In this document: positions 47,342-56,662 of the stretch, in pieces | Layout: each line of letters begins with the position of its first letter | Numbering within the stretch: the first letter of the stretch is position 1 | Assembly (NCBI GenBank): GCA_963669205.1 | Contig: OY769915.1 | Span: 2,199,063-2,263,062 of the forward strand | Source of the DNA: an uncultured Roseibium sp. | GTDB lineage: Bacteria > Pseudomonadota > Alphaproteobacteria > Rhizobiales > Stappiaceae | Direction: 5' to 3' | Length of the DNA stretch: 64,000 nucleotides | Translations under genes and position numbers: made by a program | The notes under the pieces: generated by a model | The model's database searches: none | Seen by the model: the letters and a program-made list of their open reading frames with translations, nothing else | Told to the model about the DNA's origin: nothing

Positions 47342-47725
47342 ATGTCGCTCCAAGATGGTGACCAGGACATGGCCGAGAATGTGGGATCGTGGGCGAAAGG
47401 AAAAAGAAGTGTCCCCCGCATGCCCCGATTTTTGTGCGTGGCTGCATATAGAGACGAAAATTATACTTATGACAAGACGTGTTTCCGCGGGAATGGTCGT
47501 GTATTGCGCAGCCAACCTTGGATCAGCATTTGAACTGATTTTTTAAGAAAAATGCGCTGGCGGGTATCTTAGTCTTGGTGGTCGGTATGAATTCCAGCCG
47601 GAATACTCCGATTTAAATCGGAATTAGTAATATTTTCTGGTCCCAACCGAAACATCGCGATTGGCGATTGCTGTTGGCCCGCGTGGGTGGGCAGCGACCT
47701 GTCGACGCAGGCCGCTCCCGATTGC

Positions 47726-48598
47726 TTATTCCGCCGCCGTTTCTACCGGCTCTTTGGGGTCCAGATCCGAAGCACTGTGCCGCTCATGGAACTGTTCGTG
47801 GTCTTCGCCCCAGGCCTTGTTGACCCTGCGTCCCCGGATGACGGCCGGACGGGCGTCGATCTTCTCGGCCCAGGCCTTGACGTTCTTGTAGTCATCGACG
47901 GAGAGGAATTCGGCTGCATTGTAAAGCCGGCCGAGGACAAGTCCGCCATACCAGGGGAAAATTGCCATGTCGGCAATCGTGTACTCGTCCCCTGCAATAT
48001 AGGGACGATCAGCGAGCGCCTTGTCCAGCACGTCAAGCTGACGCTTTGTTTCCATGGCGAAGCGGTCGATCGGGTATTCGAATTTTTCCGGCGCATAGGC
48101 ATAGAAATGCCCGAAACCGCCGCCGAGATACGGAGCGGAGCCCATCTGCCAGAACAGCCAGTTCAGCGTTTCGGTTCTGGCAGCAGCATCCTTGGGCAGG
48201 AATGCGCCGAACTTTTCCGCAAGATACATCAGGATCGAACCCGACTCGAACACCCGCGTCGGTGTCGCCGTGCTGAGATCCACCAGAGCCGGAATTTTCG
48301 AGTTGGGATTTGCCCCGACGAAGCCGCTTGAGAACTGGTTGCCTTCGTTGATGCGGATCAGCCAGGCATCATATTCGGCCCCCTTGTGGCCAAGTGCCAG
48401 CAACTCCTCCAGCATGATCGTCACCTTGACTCCGTTGGGCGTTGCCAGCGAATACAGCTGCAGCGGGTGATCGCCGACAGGCAGGTCCTTTTCGTGGGTC
48501 GCACCGGAGATCGGCCGGTTGATGCTTGCGAATTCACCGCCGTTCGGCTGTTCCCACGTCCAGACTTTGGGCGGGGTATAGGTCGAGGTATCGCTCAT
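47726..48598 (-). CDS. yghU: Nu-class glutathione S-transferase (YghU-type disulfide-bond reductase)
   Basis: By recollection it is colinear over the full length with E. coli YghU: PPKVWTWEQPNGGEFASINRPISGATHEKDLPVGDHPLQLYSL.TPNG.KVTIMLEELLALG...AEYDAWLIRI. Confidence 0.88.
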   Translation of the reverse strand: MSDTSTYTPPKVWTWEQPNGGEFASINRPISGATHEKDLPVGDHPLQLYSLATPNGVKVTIMLEELLALGHKGAEYDAWLIRINEGNQFSSGFVGANPNSKIPALVDLSTATPTRVFESGSILMYLAEKFGAFLPKDAAARTETLNWLFWQMGSAPYLGGGFGHFYAYAPEKFEYPIDRFAMETKRQLDVLDKALADRPYIAGDEYTIADMAIFPWYGGLVLGRLYNAAEFLSVDDYKNVKAWAEKIDARPAVIRGRRVNKAWGEDHEQFHERHSASDLDPKEPVETAAE

Positions 48599-49026
48599 TG
48601 GAAAGCTCTCCGGAAGATTGAAGGCAGGCCTGGTTACGCGCGCGCTCCGGGATCGGAACCCATCGCAATATTACGATTAGATAGGACGTTGGGCGAAGTT
48701 TGCCTAGGCCGAGTTTGCAATAAGGTCGGTTTTTTCATGATGGGGTCAATTGTTCGCGCCCGCATTTGTTGAAAGCCGTTTTCAGTCGTTGTCACTTTGC
48801 GCCTAACGTCAATAATTTAGAAAATTTTTGCTCTCGACCTGACCCTAACGTTAAGGCATCCTCTTCTTCCCGGGGCTTTGAACGACGCGGCAACAACGCG
48901 CATCTGTCCCGACCGATAAGCAAGCCACGAGAACCAGACCGAAAGGAAAAGACGGAACCGTAAACCACGAAAGACAAAGTTGCGGGTAACCCGTCTTGAT
49001 AATTGTCGCAATTCAGGGAGGACGAC

Positions 49027-50427
49027 ATGAATTTGAGGCCAGATCCGAGTTTTTATCCGACTGCGCAGATGGCGATGGAGGCCCCGGTTGAAAAACTGGC
49101 CTTCACGCTGATGCTGAGCCCGGATTTCACCCAGCCCGACGGCCTGGCCGTGGTGAATGTCGATCCCGAGAGTTCCGACTACGGCAAGATCGTTCATACC
49201 GTCATGATGCCCAACACCGGCGACGAATTTCATCATTTCGGCTGGAATGCCTGTTCGTCGGCATTGTCCCCTTTGACTGGCCATGCATTTCTGGAACGCC
49301 GCTATCTCATCATTCCGGGCATCCGTTCCTCGAGGATTTACGTCATAGACGTCAAGGAACCGCTCGACGCGAAGATCCACAAGATCATCGAACCGGAAGA
49401 AGTCTTTGCGAAGACGGGATATTCCCGGCCGCACACGATCCATTGCGGTCCGGAGGGGATATACGTCTCGACGCTGGGCGGCGGCGGCGAGGATGGAACT
49501 GACGGACCTCCCGGCATTTTCATCATGGATTGCGAAACCTTCGAGATCCGGGGCCGATACGAAATGGACCGGGGCATTCAGGACAAACACTATGATTTCT
49601 GGTGGAACCTTCCGCGCGACTACATGGTGTCTTCGGAATGGGGCCTGCCGCCGCAGTTCGAGAACGGACTGGTTCCGGAAGATCTCCTGTCCAACAAATA
49701 CGGGCACCGGATCCATTTCTGGGACCTGAGGGCGCGCAAGAACGTACAGACGATCGATCTGGGCGAAAACCATCAGATGGCGCTGGAGATCCGGCCGGCG
49801 CATGACCCTGCCAAGCAGTACGGGTTCTGTGGTGTCGTTGTCGACACGACCAATCTGCAAGGCTCCATCTTCACCTGGTGGCGCAATGACGATGGCACAT
49901 TTGAAGCGAAGAAGACGGTCACGATCGATCCGCAGCCTGCCGATCCCGATGACTTGCCGGACATGCTGAAAGGGTTTTCCGCGGTGCCGCCCCTTGTCAC
50001 GGACATCGATCTCAGCCTCGACGACAAGTTCCTCTATGTCGCCTGCTGGGGCACGGGCGAAATGCATCAATACGATGTCTCCGATCCGATGAACCCCAAG
50101 CTTGCCGGCAAGGTGGAAATCGGCGGGATCGTGAAAAAGACCAGACATCCGAACGGAAGGGAATTCGGCTACGGTCCCCAGATGGTCGAGATCAGCCGGG
50201 ACGGCAAGCGGGTCTACTGGACCAACTCCCTCTATTCCACTTGGGATGACCAGTTTTATCCCGGTGACCGGGGCGCCGCGATGGTCATGGCGAATGCGGG
50301 CCCCAACGGCGGCCTGGCGCTGGACGAGAACTTCTGGGTCGAATTCCCGCAAGGCTACCGGTCACACCAGATCAGGCTGGAAGGCGGTGACTGTTCGACG
50401 GACAGTTTCTGCTACCCGTCGGTCTAG
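49027..50427 (+). CDS. selenium-binding protein family (SBP56) protein, candidate methanethiol oxidase
   Basis: ATG 49027 is preceded by AGGGAGG. The sequence MNLRPDPSFYPT...GDEFHHFGWNACSS...IHCGPEGIYVS...FWWNLP is characteristic of SBP56/MtoX-type beta-propeller proteins. Confidence 0.88.
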   Translation: MNLRPDPSFYPTAQMAMEAPVEKLAFTLMLSPDFTQPDGLAVVNVDPESSDYGKIVHTVMMPNTGDEFHHFGWNACSSALSPLTGHAFLERRYLIIPGIRSSRIYVIDVKEPLDAKIHKIIEPEEVFAKTGYSRPHTIHCGPEGIYVSTLGGGGEDGTDGPPGIFIMDCETFEIRGRYEMDRGIQDKHYDFWWNLPRDYMVSSEWGLPPQFENGLVPEDLLSNKYGHRIHFWDLRARKNVQTIDLGENHQMALEIRPAHDPAKQYGFCGVVVDTTNLQGSIFTWWRNDDGTFEAKKTVTIDPQPADPDDLPDMLKGFSAVPPLVTDIDLSLDDKFLYVACWGTGEMHQYDVSDPMNPKLAGKVEIGGIVKKTRHPNGREFGYGPQMVEISRDGKRVYWTNSLYSTWDDQFYPGDRGAAMVMANAGPNGGLALDENFWVEFPQGYRSHQIRLEGGDCSTDSFCYPSV

Positions 50428-50430
50428 AAA

Positions 50431-51084
50431 TTGGAAGGAATGAGCATGACGGCCCTCTGGCTGGCCGTCATCGGCTCCGGCCTCTATCACGGGCTCAATC
50501 CCGGCATGGGGTGGCCGCTCGCCGTATCGGCGGCGCTGATGGAAAGGCGCGCGCAGGCTTTGCCGCGCGCGCTGCTCTCTCTGGCCGCTGGGCATTTTCT
50601 GGCCATGTTGGCAATTCTGCTGCCGTTTTCCGCGATGATCACACTGGTCAGCCTGGAGAACGAGATAAGGATCTTTGCCGCCTGCCTCGTGATCGGTCTG
50701 GGGCTCTATCTCCTGATAACCAACAGGCACCCGCGCTTTCTGGCGCGGGTATCGCCGGCAAAACTGGGGCTCTGGTCTTTTCTCGTCGCAATCGCGCACG
50801 GGGCAGGGCTGATGCTGGTGCCCATCTATCTCGGGATCTGCTCGGTGCAGAACGAGGGACACCAGGCGGCCGGCACGCTGATGGGTGCCGACGTGCGCAT
50901 GGCGCTTCTGGTCTCGGTGGTCCATACGCTCGCCATGGCGACCGCCGGTGGCCTGATCGCGTTTGGCGTCTATTCCTGGCTCGGACTGAAGTTCCTGCAG
51001 AAGGCCTGGTTCAACCTGGACAGGGTGTGGGCCGTCAGTCTCATCCTCGTGGGCATCTTCGCGCTCGCGCTTCCGCACGCGTGA
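50431..51084 (+). CDS. six-TM membrane protein with conserved-looking His motifs (function unknown)
   Basis: 217-aa ORF starting 4 nt after the SBP56 stop. Six hydrophobic segments are present. His residues sit in or near TM segments (LYHGLNPGMGW, AAGHF, IAHGAG, VVHTLA). I do not recognise the family. Confidence 0.55.
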   Translation: MEGMSMTALWLAVIGSGLYHGLNPGMGWPLAVSAALMERRAQALPRALLSLAAGHFLAMLAILLPFSAMITLVSLENEIRIFAACLVIGLGLYLLITNRHPRFLARVSPAKLGLWSFLVAIAHGAGLMLVPIYLGICSVQNEGHQAAGTLMGADVRMALLVSVVHTLAMATAGGLIAFGVYSWLGLKFLQKAWFNLDRVWAVSLILVGIFALALPHA

Positions 51085-51120
51085 ACGGGACGGGCGTGGT
51101 GAGAGCCGTGATTACCGCGC

Positions 51121-52380
51121 TCAGTTCAGCAATTCATCTTCAAACGGAAACAGGGAAAGGAGTTCGATCCCGGTCTCCGTGACAAGCACCTGCTGTTCCA
51201 GCTTGACGCCCTCCTTTCCGCCGTCCGCGCCGATGAAGCTTTCCACACACAGGGTCATGCCCGGTTCCAGCACGCCGTCATAGCCGGCATCCGGGAAGTC
51301 GCCGTGATGGTAGAGGTAAGGATATTCACCCGTCATGCCGACCCCGTGCGCGGACAGGTAATAGCGGTTCTTGTAGAATTTTTCCGGAATGTTCCAGGCC
51401 TTGTCGGCGTAGTCCCGGAACGTCATGCCCGGGTGGAGAATATCCATGTTGTGGTGCACCTGTTCGAAGGCGACCTTGTAGAGTTCCTTCTGCGCCGCGC
51501 TGGGCCTGTCCGGACCGGCGTGAAACGTGCGCGAGAAGTCGGCATAGTAGCCGTGGCACCCGACGACGTCCGTATCGAGCGCGATCAGATCGTTGGCGTT
51601 GATGACGCTAGCGGAGGCTTCCTGGAACCAGGGGTTCGTACGCGCACCGGCATTGAGCAGCCGCGTTTCGACATAGTCCCCATTCTGCGCAATGATCGAT
51701 TGATGCAGCACGGACCAGAGTTCCGCTTCCGTCTGTCCCGGCCGAATGGCTTCCCGCAAACGCGCCACGCCCGTTTCCGTTGCGCGCAGCGAGGCAATCA
51801 CGCATTTCATTTCCTCGGGCGACTTGATCGCACGCGCCATTTCGACGGGCTGCTGTGCATCGACCACAGTCAAACCGGCCTCGTGAAGCGCGAATTTCGA
51901 GCCGGCGTTCAGCCGTTCTACGCCGACAGTCGCCTTTCGCTTACCGGTGAGCTTTTGGATCAGGGCAGCCATTTCCAGGCCCCATTCCTGTTCGCGTTCG
52001 GCAATGTGCGGACCGGCGGCAACGAAACTCGCGGTTCTTGCCGGCCGCACTTCGTCGACGGTTTCAAAGCCTTGTGCCAGATGCTCGCATCCGGTGAACT
52101 CGAACAGGATCGACCGGTCCTGGGTCATCACCAGATAGCGTGACGGCGTGTTGCGCATGGAAAAGACCTGCATGTTCCGCGTACCCGTCGCATAGCGGAT
52201 ACTGACCGGATCCGACAGGATCACCGCATCCACACCATAGGCAAGCATCTGTGCGCGCACGCGGCCCTGCCGGTAGGTTCGCACCGCCACCTGGTCGATG
52301 CCGTCATCTGACGGGCTGCGGTCCAATTGCGCCAGACCGTCGAGGTCACTGCGCTCAGCGTGCCAGTCCAGTTCGGCCAT
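51121..52380 (-). CDS. M24-family metallopeptidase-fold protein (creatinase/prolidase-like; DddP-like possible)
   Basis: The C-terminal pita-bread domain has metal-ligand context (ALDTDVVGCHGYYADFSRT, HGVGM, LEPGMTLCVESF...GVKLEQQVLVTE). The N-terminal creatinase-like domain contains IRYATGTRN. GGAGA lies upstream of the ATG. Confidence 0.82.
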   Translation of the reverse strand: MAELDWHAERSDLDGLAQLDRSPSDDGIDQVAVRTYRQGRVRAQMLAYGVDAVILSDPVSIRYATGTRNMQVFSMRNTPSRYLVMTQDRSILFEFTGCEHLAQGFETVDEVRPARTASFVAAGPHIAEREQEWGLEMAALIQKLTGKRKATVGVERLNAGSKFALHEAGLTVVDAQQPVEMARAIKSPEEMKCVIASLRATETGVARLREAIRPGQTEAELWSVLHQSIIAQNGDYVETRLLNAGARTNPWFQEASASVINANDLIALDTDVVGCHGYYADFSRTFHAGPDRPSAAQKELYKVAFEQVHHNMDILHPGMTFRDYADKAWNIPEKFYKNRYYLSAHGVGMTGEYPYLYHHGDFPDAGYDGVLEPGMTLCVESFIGADGGKEGVKLEQQVLVTETGIELLSLFPFEDELLN

Positions 52381-52475
52381 CGCCTCTGTCTCCTCTTCCT
52401 ACAAAAAGGAATATCAACTCAGCGCGACGTCAATAAAACCATGGAAATTCTCTACGGATTGGATAACTTTAGGGA

Positions 52476-53363
52476 ATGCAAAACTATCGCAAGTCGCTGC
52501 CGCCGCTGGATACGATCGTGTTTTTCGAGGCGGCCATGCGGCATCTGAATTTCACCGAGGCCGCTGACGAGCTCTACGTGACGCAAGCCGCCGTCAGCAA
52601 ACGCATCAAGCAGCTGGAACTGTGGCTCGGCGTCGATCTGTTCGTGCGAAGCGGCAGAAAGCTGGTTCCGACAGAGGCTGGCGAATACCTCGCGGAAAAG
52701 ACGGGCATGACGCTGGACTACCTGGATTGGGCCTTCCGGACCATAAAGGTGCCTGCGCAGCCGGTGGTCCAGATTGCCTCTGTCACGGCGCTGGCAACGT
52801 TCTGGCTTCAGGCGAAACTGCGTGACTTTGCCTTGTCCGACGATGCCTGCCCGTTCAACCTGAGCACCGCTGACGAACTGGGCGACCTGCTCAGACCGGA
52901 AAACGATCTCGTCATCCTGCATGGTGAGGAAAGGCTGCCGGGCTGGAACCTGGAACTGTTGTTCGAAGAGGAAATCGTTCCGGTCGGGACACCCGCCGTT
53001 GTCTGGAACGCAAGCGCCCGGGAGCCAGTGGCGAGACCGCCACTCCTGAATTTTGCGCGCATGGCGCCGAACTGGACGGATTGGTCGGTCTGGATCCAGA
53101 GAACCGGATGGACGGAGTTCGAGCAAAACGGGCGCGTCGATTGCGCCAGCTACAATCAGACAATCGGCCGGGCGCTCAGGGGAGACGGTCTGGCCCTCGG
53201 AGCGTTGCCGCTGCTGAGGGACGAAATTGCGTCAGGCGCGCTGGTGGCAATGCATGACCGCAAGATGATCACGGGGAAGGGGTACTATATCGCCTGGCCG
53301 CAAACTCGCCCGCTCGGTGACGAAGCCGCCAGGCTGAAGACGGTGCTATCCCGCAGCGCGTGA
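52476..53363 (+). CDS. LysR-family transcriptional regulator
   Basis: The N-terminal wHTH is LDTIVFFEAAMRHLNFTEAADELYVTQAAVSKRIKQLE. It is divergent from the M24 gene across a 95-bp intergenic region. Confidence 0.9.
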   Translation: MQNYRKSLPPLDTIVFFEAAMRHLNFTEAADELYVTQAAVSKRIKQLELWLGVDLFVRSGRKLVPTEAGEYLAEKTGMTLDYLDWAFRTIKVPAQPVVQIASVTALATFWLQAKLRDFALSDDACPFNLSTADELGDLLRPENDLVILHGEERLPGWNLELLFEEEIVPVGTPAVVWNASAREPVARPPLLNFARMAPNWTDWSVWIQRTGWTEFEQNGRVDCASYNQTIGRALRGDGLALGALPLLRDEIASGALVAMHDRKMITGKGYYIAWPQTRPLGDEAARLKTVLSRSA

Positions 53364-53415
53364 CGCGCCCCGCGGCAAGGTGCTTTCGAGGCCGGCTTGA
53401 CGCGTCATCGCAGGC

Positions 53416-54201
53416 TCACGAGTCCGAAGAGCGTATACCGTATCCTTTCAGGATCTTGTCATGGGTGCCATCGCGGACCATGGAATCGAAAGCCTCCTGC
53501 AGGGCATCGATGACTTCGCCTGAGGTCTGGTGATGGAGCGCGAGATAGAGTTCGCCCCGATTGAGGTCGTAGACGGTCTCGTATTCGCTGAGATCGGCAC
53601 CCATCTGCTGCAGGCCCCAGCGTGTCACCTCGGTTTCATAGGAAATGGCATCCACGCGCCCGGCAATGAGCTTGCGGAAATTCTGCTCGTTCGACAGGAC
53701 GGGCTCGATGCGGTCGTCCGGAACGCCCTGGGCGCGCAGGAGCAATTGCCCGACATCATCCTTGACGACGCCGATACGGATCTTGGCAAGATCATGCACC
53801 GTTTCGATTTTCAGGTTGCGGTCCTTGCGCGCCGTCAGGCCGACCACCGTCGAAACGAAAGGGCCGACCCACCGGAACAGGCTTTCGCGGTCCTGGGTGC
53901 GCGTGGTTGAAAAGAGCGCATGTCCCGGTCTCTGCAGGGTAAGATTGTAGCCCCGTGCCCAGGGTAGAAGCGCGATGTCCTTCCGGGTGTGACCCGACAG
54001 CGTCCGCTTGAAGATCTCTTCCATGATCTCGACGCTGATCCCGCGCAGGGCCGTTCCGTCGTGATAGTTGAAAGGCGGATATTCCTCCGTCATGACCTTG
54101 AGGGACACGAGTTCGCTGTCCGCGCTGGCGGAACCGGCCACGGGCAGGGTGGTGACGGCGGTGAGGCCGGCGACAACGGATCTTCTCGTCAATTTTCGCA
54201 T
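53416..54201 (-). CDS. periplasmic substrate-binding protein (family 3 / PBPb), orphan
   Basis: It has a signal peptide (RRSVVAGLTAVTTLPVAGSASA). EEYPPFNY...GISVEIMEEIF is typical of type 2 periplasmic binding proteins. No cognate permease or ATPase gene lies adjacent. Confidence 0.78.
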   Translation of the reverse strand: MRKLTRRSVVAGLTAVTTLPVAGSASADSELVSLKVMTEEYPPFNYHDGTALRGISVEIMEEIFKRTLSGHTRKDIALLPWARGYNLTLQRPGHALFSTTRTQDRESLFRWVGPFVSTVVGLTARKDRNLKIETVHDLAKIRIGVVKDDVGQLLLRAQGVPDDRIEPVLSNEQNFRKLIAGRVDAISYETEVTRWGLQQMGADLSEYETVYDLNRGELYLALHHQTSGEVIDALQEAFDSMVRDGTHDKILKGYGIRSSDS

Positions 54202-54238
54202 TGCTTGATCCTCGATTGCTCGGGTCCGTCAGTCAGTC

Positions 54239-56662
54239 CTATGCGGTGTTTCGCAGCTTCTCGTCCAGCAGCAGCGTATTTTCGGTGCGTCCGGTTTCGT
54301 GCTCCGAAAGGTGAGCTGCAAGTGGTTCAGCTTTGCCGAACAGGAACCCCTGACCGGTTTCGACACCCAGTTCCACGAGGCGGCTGCACTGAGCCTCGCT
54401 CTCGATGCCTTCGGCAATGACTTTCAGCTTGAGCTTTTGCGACAACCCGACAACCGCCTCGATCAATGCGGCCGTCTTGTTGGTTCGCTCGATGCCTGAC
54501 CGCTCGTCGAGCCCTTTAATGAACGACCTGTCGATCTTGACCGTGTCGACCGGGAAGCGATGCATGTAGCTGAGAGACGAGAAGCCAGTACCGAAATCGT
54601 CCAGCGCAACGGTGCAGCCCAGTTTCCGGATGTCTTCAATGAGCCCGTCCAGCCCCATGCTGTTTTGCATGAGGGTCGTTTCGGTGATCTCGAGAACCAG
54701 CCGTCCCGGATTGACGCGATGAGCTGCCAGCTTCTCTCTGAGGTTGTTTGCCAGGTCCGGCAGAAACTGCGCAGCGGAAAAGTTCAGGGCGACGTAGGCG
54801 GTGTTGCAGCTTTGGCTGGCCTGCATGCGTTCAAGTGCATCGAGGCCCAGTTCCAGAACCAGGTCGCCGATTTCCAGGATGCCTCCGGTCTGTTCGGCAG
54901 CGCGGATGTATTCAAGGGGAGGCAGTACACCCCTTTGAGGGTGGACAAGGCGCAGCAGCCCTTCATAGCCGATTGGCGTTCTGCTCTTCAGATCGACGAT
55001 CGGCTGGAAATGCAGCTGGAACCAGTCATTCTCCAGCGCCTCGGAGATGACTTCCTTGACCTCGAGCTGCTGACTGGCCTCCTTGCCGAACTGTTCGTTG
55101 AAGACGCAAAAGCCGTTTCGCCCGCTGTTCTTCTGCCGGTACATCGCGACGTCTGATGCCTTGAGGAGCTCTTCCGCGCTTTTCGCGTTGTCAGGATAGA
55201 ACGAGATCCCGACGCTGGCGGAAATCTGCAGCGTCCGGCCGCCCAGGTCGATGGGACGGTTCAACGTTCGATTGATCTTCGTGGCAAGTTCAACAGCCCG
55301 TTTCTTGCTCGATTTGCACGACAGCATGATCGCGAATTCGTCGCCGCCGAACCTGCCGAAACAATCGTCGTCCTCCAGCAGTTCCGCGATTTCGCGGGTC
55401 ACCGACTGCAAAACGCGGTCGCCCGCGAAGTGCCCCAGATTGTCATTGACCCACTTGAAGCGGTCGAGATCAAAGAACAGGACCGCGATATCGTCAGAGC
55501 CGTCCGAACTCTCTATCGCAGCATTCAACCGGTCTGCGAAACCCTCTCGGTTCACCAGTCCTGTCAGGTAGTCGGTTCGCGCCTGTCGCAGGATTTCAGC
55601 CTCGGCGGCCTTCAGCTTGCTGATGTCGGTCATGACCGACAGCGAACTGCCGCCGTGCGCGCTGTCGTCGAAATCCTTGGTTTCCGTGATCAGGACATCA
55701 AGACAGCTGCCATCCGCCTTCTGGAAGACCGACGTCAGTTCCAGCGTCTCGTTCCTGCCGTCCGAGAGCATGCTCCGGTTTTTCAGGTAGTCGGATTTGA
55801 AGTCGTCATGGATGAATTCGCAGAACTTGCGGCCGATGACGTTGCTTCGGTTGTAGCCCGTCGCGTGCAGCCAGTAGTCCGAAACGTTGCGAATGTTGTC
55901 GTCGCTGTCGATCGAATACAGCATCACGGGCGTGTTGTTATAGAGAAACGTCAGACGTCTGTTGGCCCTGATCAACTGCGCCTCGTCCTGATCCAGTCTC
56001 TCCTGCATTTCGTTGAATGCGCTGGTAACGCGGCCGAGTTCGTCCGAGGAATTCCAGTCCACCTTCCGGCGGGTGCCCGAGCGTTGCGTGGCTTCGATCG
56101 CATCGTTCAGGCGAAGCAGCGGCCGCGTGATCATGAAACGGTTGGCAATCAGCGCGGCGACCAGAACCGATATCGTCGACACGACAAACAGGATCGCCGA
56201 TTTGACGACTTCACGAACGGCTGCATTGCTGATGTGGCTGGATATGAAGCGGATGCGCAAGGTCCCGACGTTGTGCTCAACCCCGTCCACCGTGTGTGTG
56301 ATTTCCTTTGAAAACAGGGCATTTTCCCTGTTAAGCGCTGTGTCTGCGCTGCCGTCCTTGGAGATCAGTGCCAGAGACTTGTCGTTGTCGTCGAGGATTT
56401 CGATGCTGAAAATGTCGCGGTCATTCGCGATCGCGCCGGCCCATTTTCTCAGGTTGTCATAGTCAAAGTCCCAAAGCGCCTTGCTCAGGGCTTTGCTGTT
56501 GGCATCAAGCAGCACCCGTTTCTTCGCGATCATTTCGCGCTCGACCGAGTTTTTCGTCATGACAAAAAACGTAATCAGCAGCGGTCCGTTTACGGCAATC
56601 AATGCCGCGAACATGATCGCGAGAAACTTCCTCTGCGTAGATTTCCTGATAAGCCCAAGCAT
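54239..56662 (-). CDS. membrane sensor diguanylate cyclase/phosphodiesterase (periplasmic domain-HAMP-PAS-GGDEF-EAL)
   Basis: Two TM segments flank a ~140-aa periplasmic domain. A HAMP domain (RPLLRLNDAIEA) and a PAS region follow. The GGDEF motif is intact (RFGGDEFAIM). The EAL domain carries EITE...DDFGTGFSSLSY...KIDRSF. Confidence 0.9.
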   Translation of the reverse strand: MLGLIRKSTQRKFLAIMFAALIAVNGPLLITFFVMTKNSVEREMIAKKRVLLDANSKALSKALWDFDYDNLRKWAGAIANDRDIFSIEILDDNDKSLALISKDGSADTALNRENALFSKEITHTVDGVEHNVGTLRIRFISSHISNAAVREVVKSAILFVVSTISVLVAALIANRFMITRPLLRLNDAIEATQRSGTRRKVDWNSSDELGRVTSAFNEMQERLDQDEAQLIRANRRLTFLYNNTPVMLYSIDSDDNIRNVSDYWLHATGYNRSNVIGRKFCEFIHDDFKSDYLKNRSMLSDGRNETLELTSVFQKADGSCLDVLITETKDFDDSAHGGSSLSVMTDISKLKAAEAEILRQARTDYLTGLVNREGFADRLNAAIESSDGSDDIAVLFFDLDRFKWVNDNLGHFAGDRVLQSVTREIAELLEDDDCFGRFGGDEFAIMLSCKSSKKRAVELATKINRTLNRPIDLGGRTLQISASVGISFYPDNAKSAEELLKASDVAMYRQKNSGRNGFCVFNEQFGKEASQQLEVKEVISEALENDWFQLHFQPIVDLKSRTPIGYEGLLRLVHPQRGVLPPLEYIRAAEQTGGILEIGDLVLELGLDALERMQASQSCNTAYVALNFSAAQFLPDLANNLREKLAAHRVNPGRLVLEITETTLMQNSMGLDGLIEDIRKLGCTVALDDFGTGFSSLSYMHRFPVDTVKIDRSFIKGLDERSGIERTNKTAALIEAVVGLSQKLKLKVIAEGIESEAQCSRLVELGVETGQGFLFGKAEPLAAHLSEHETGRTENTLLLDEKLRNTA

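Noticed and set aside
48817-50352. 511-aa minus-strand ORF opposite the SBP56 gene
   Set aside because: It is an antisense shadow ORF with Arg/Val/Asp-rich composition. The plus-strand frame carries SBP56 hallmark motifs and a strong RBS.
50511-51182. 223-aa alternative-frame ORF overlapping the six-TM membrane protein gene
   Set aside because: It is Arg/Gly/Ala-rich and out of frame. The frame at 50431-51084 gives coherent TM helices and starts 4 nt after the preceding stop.
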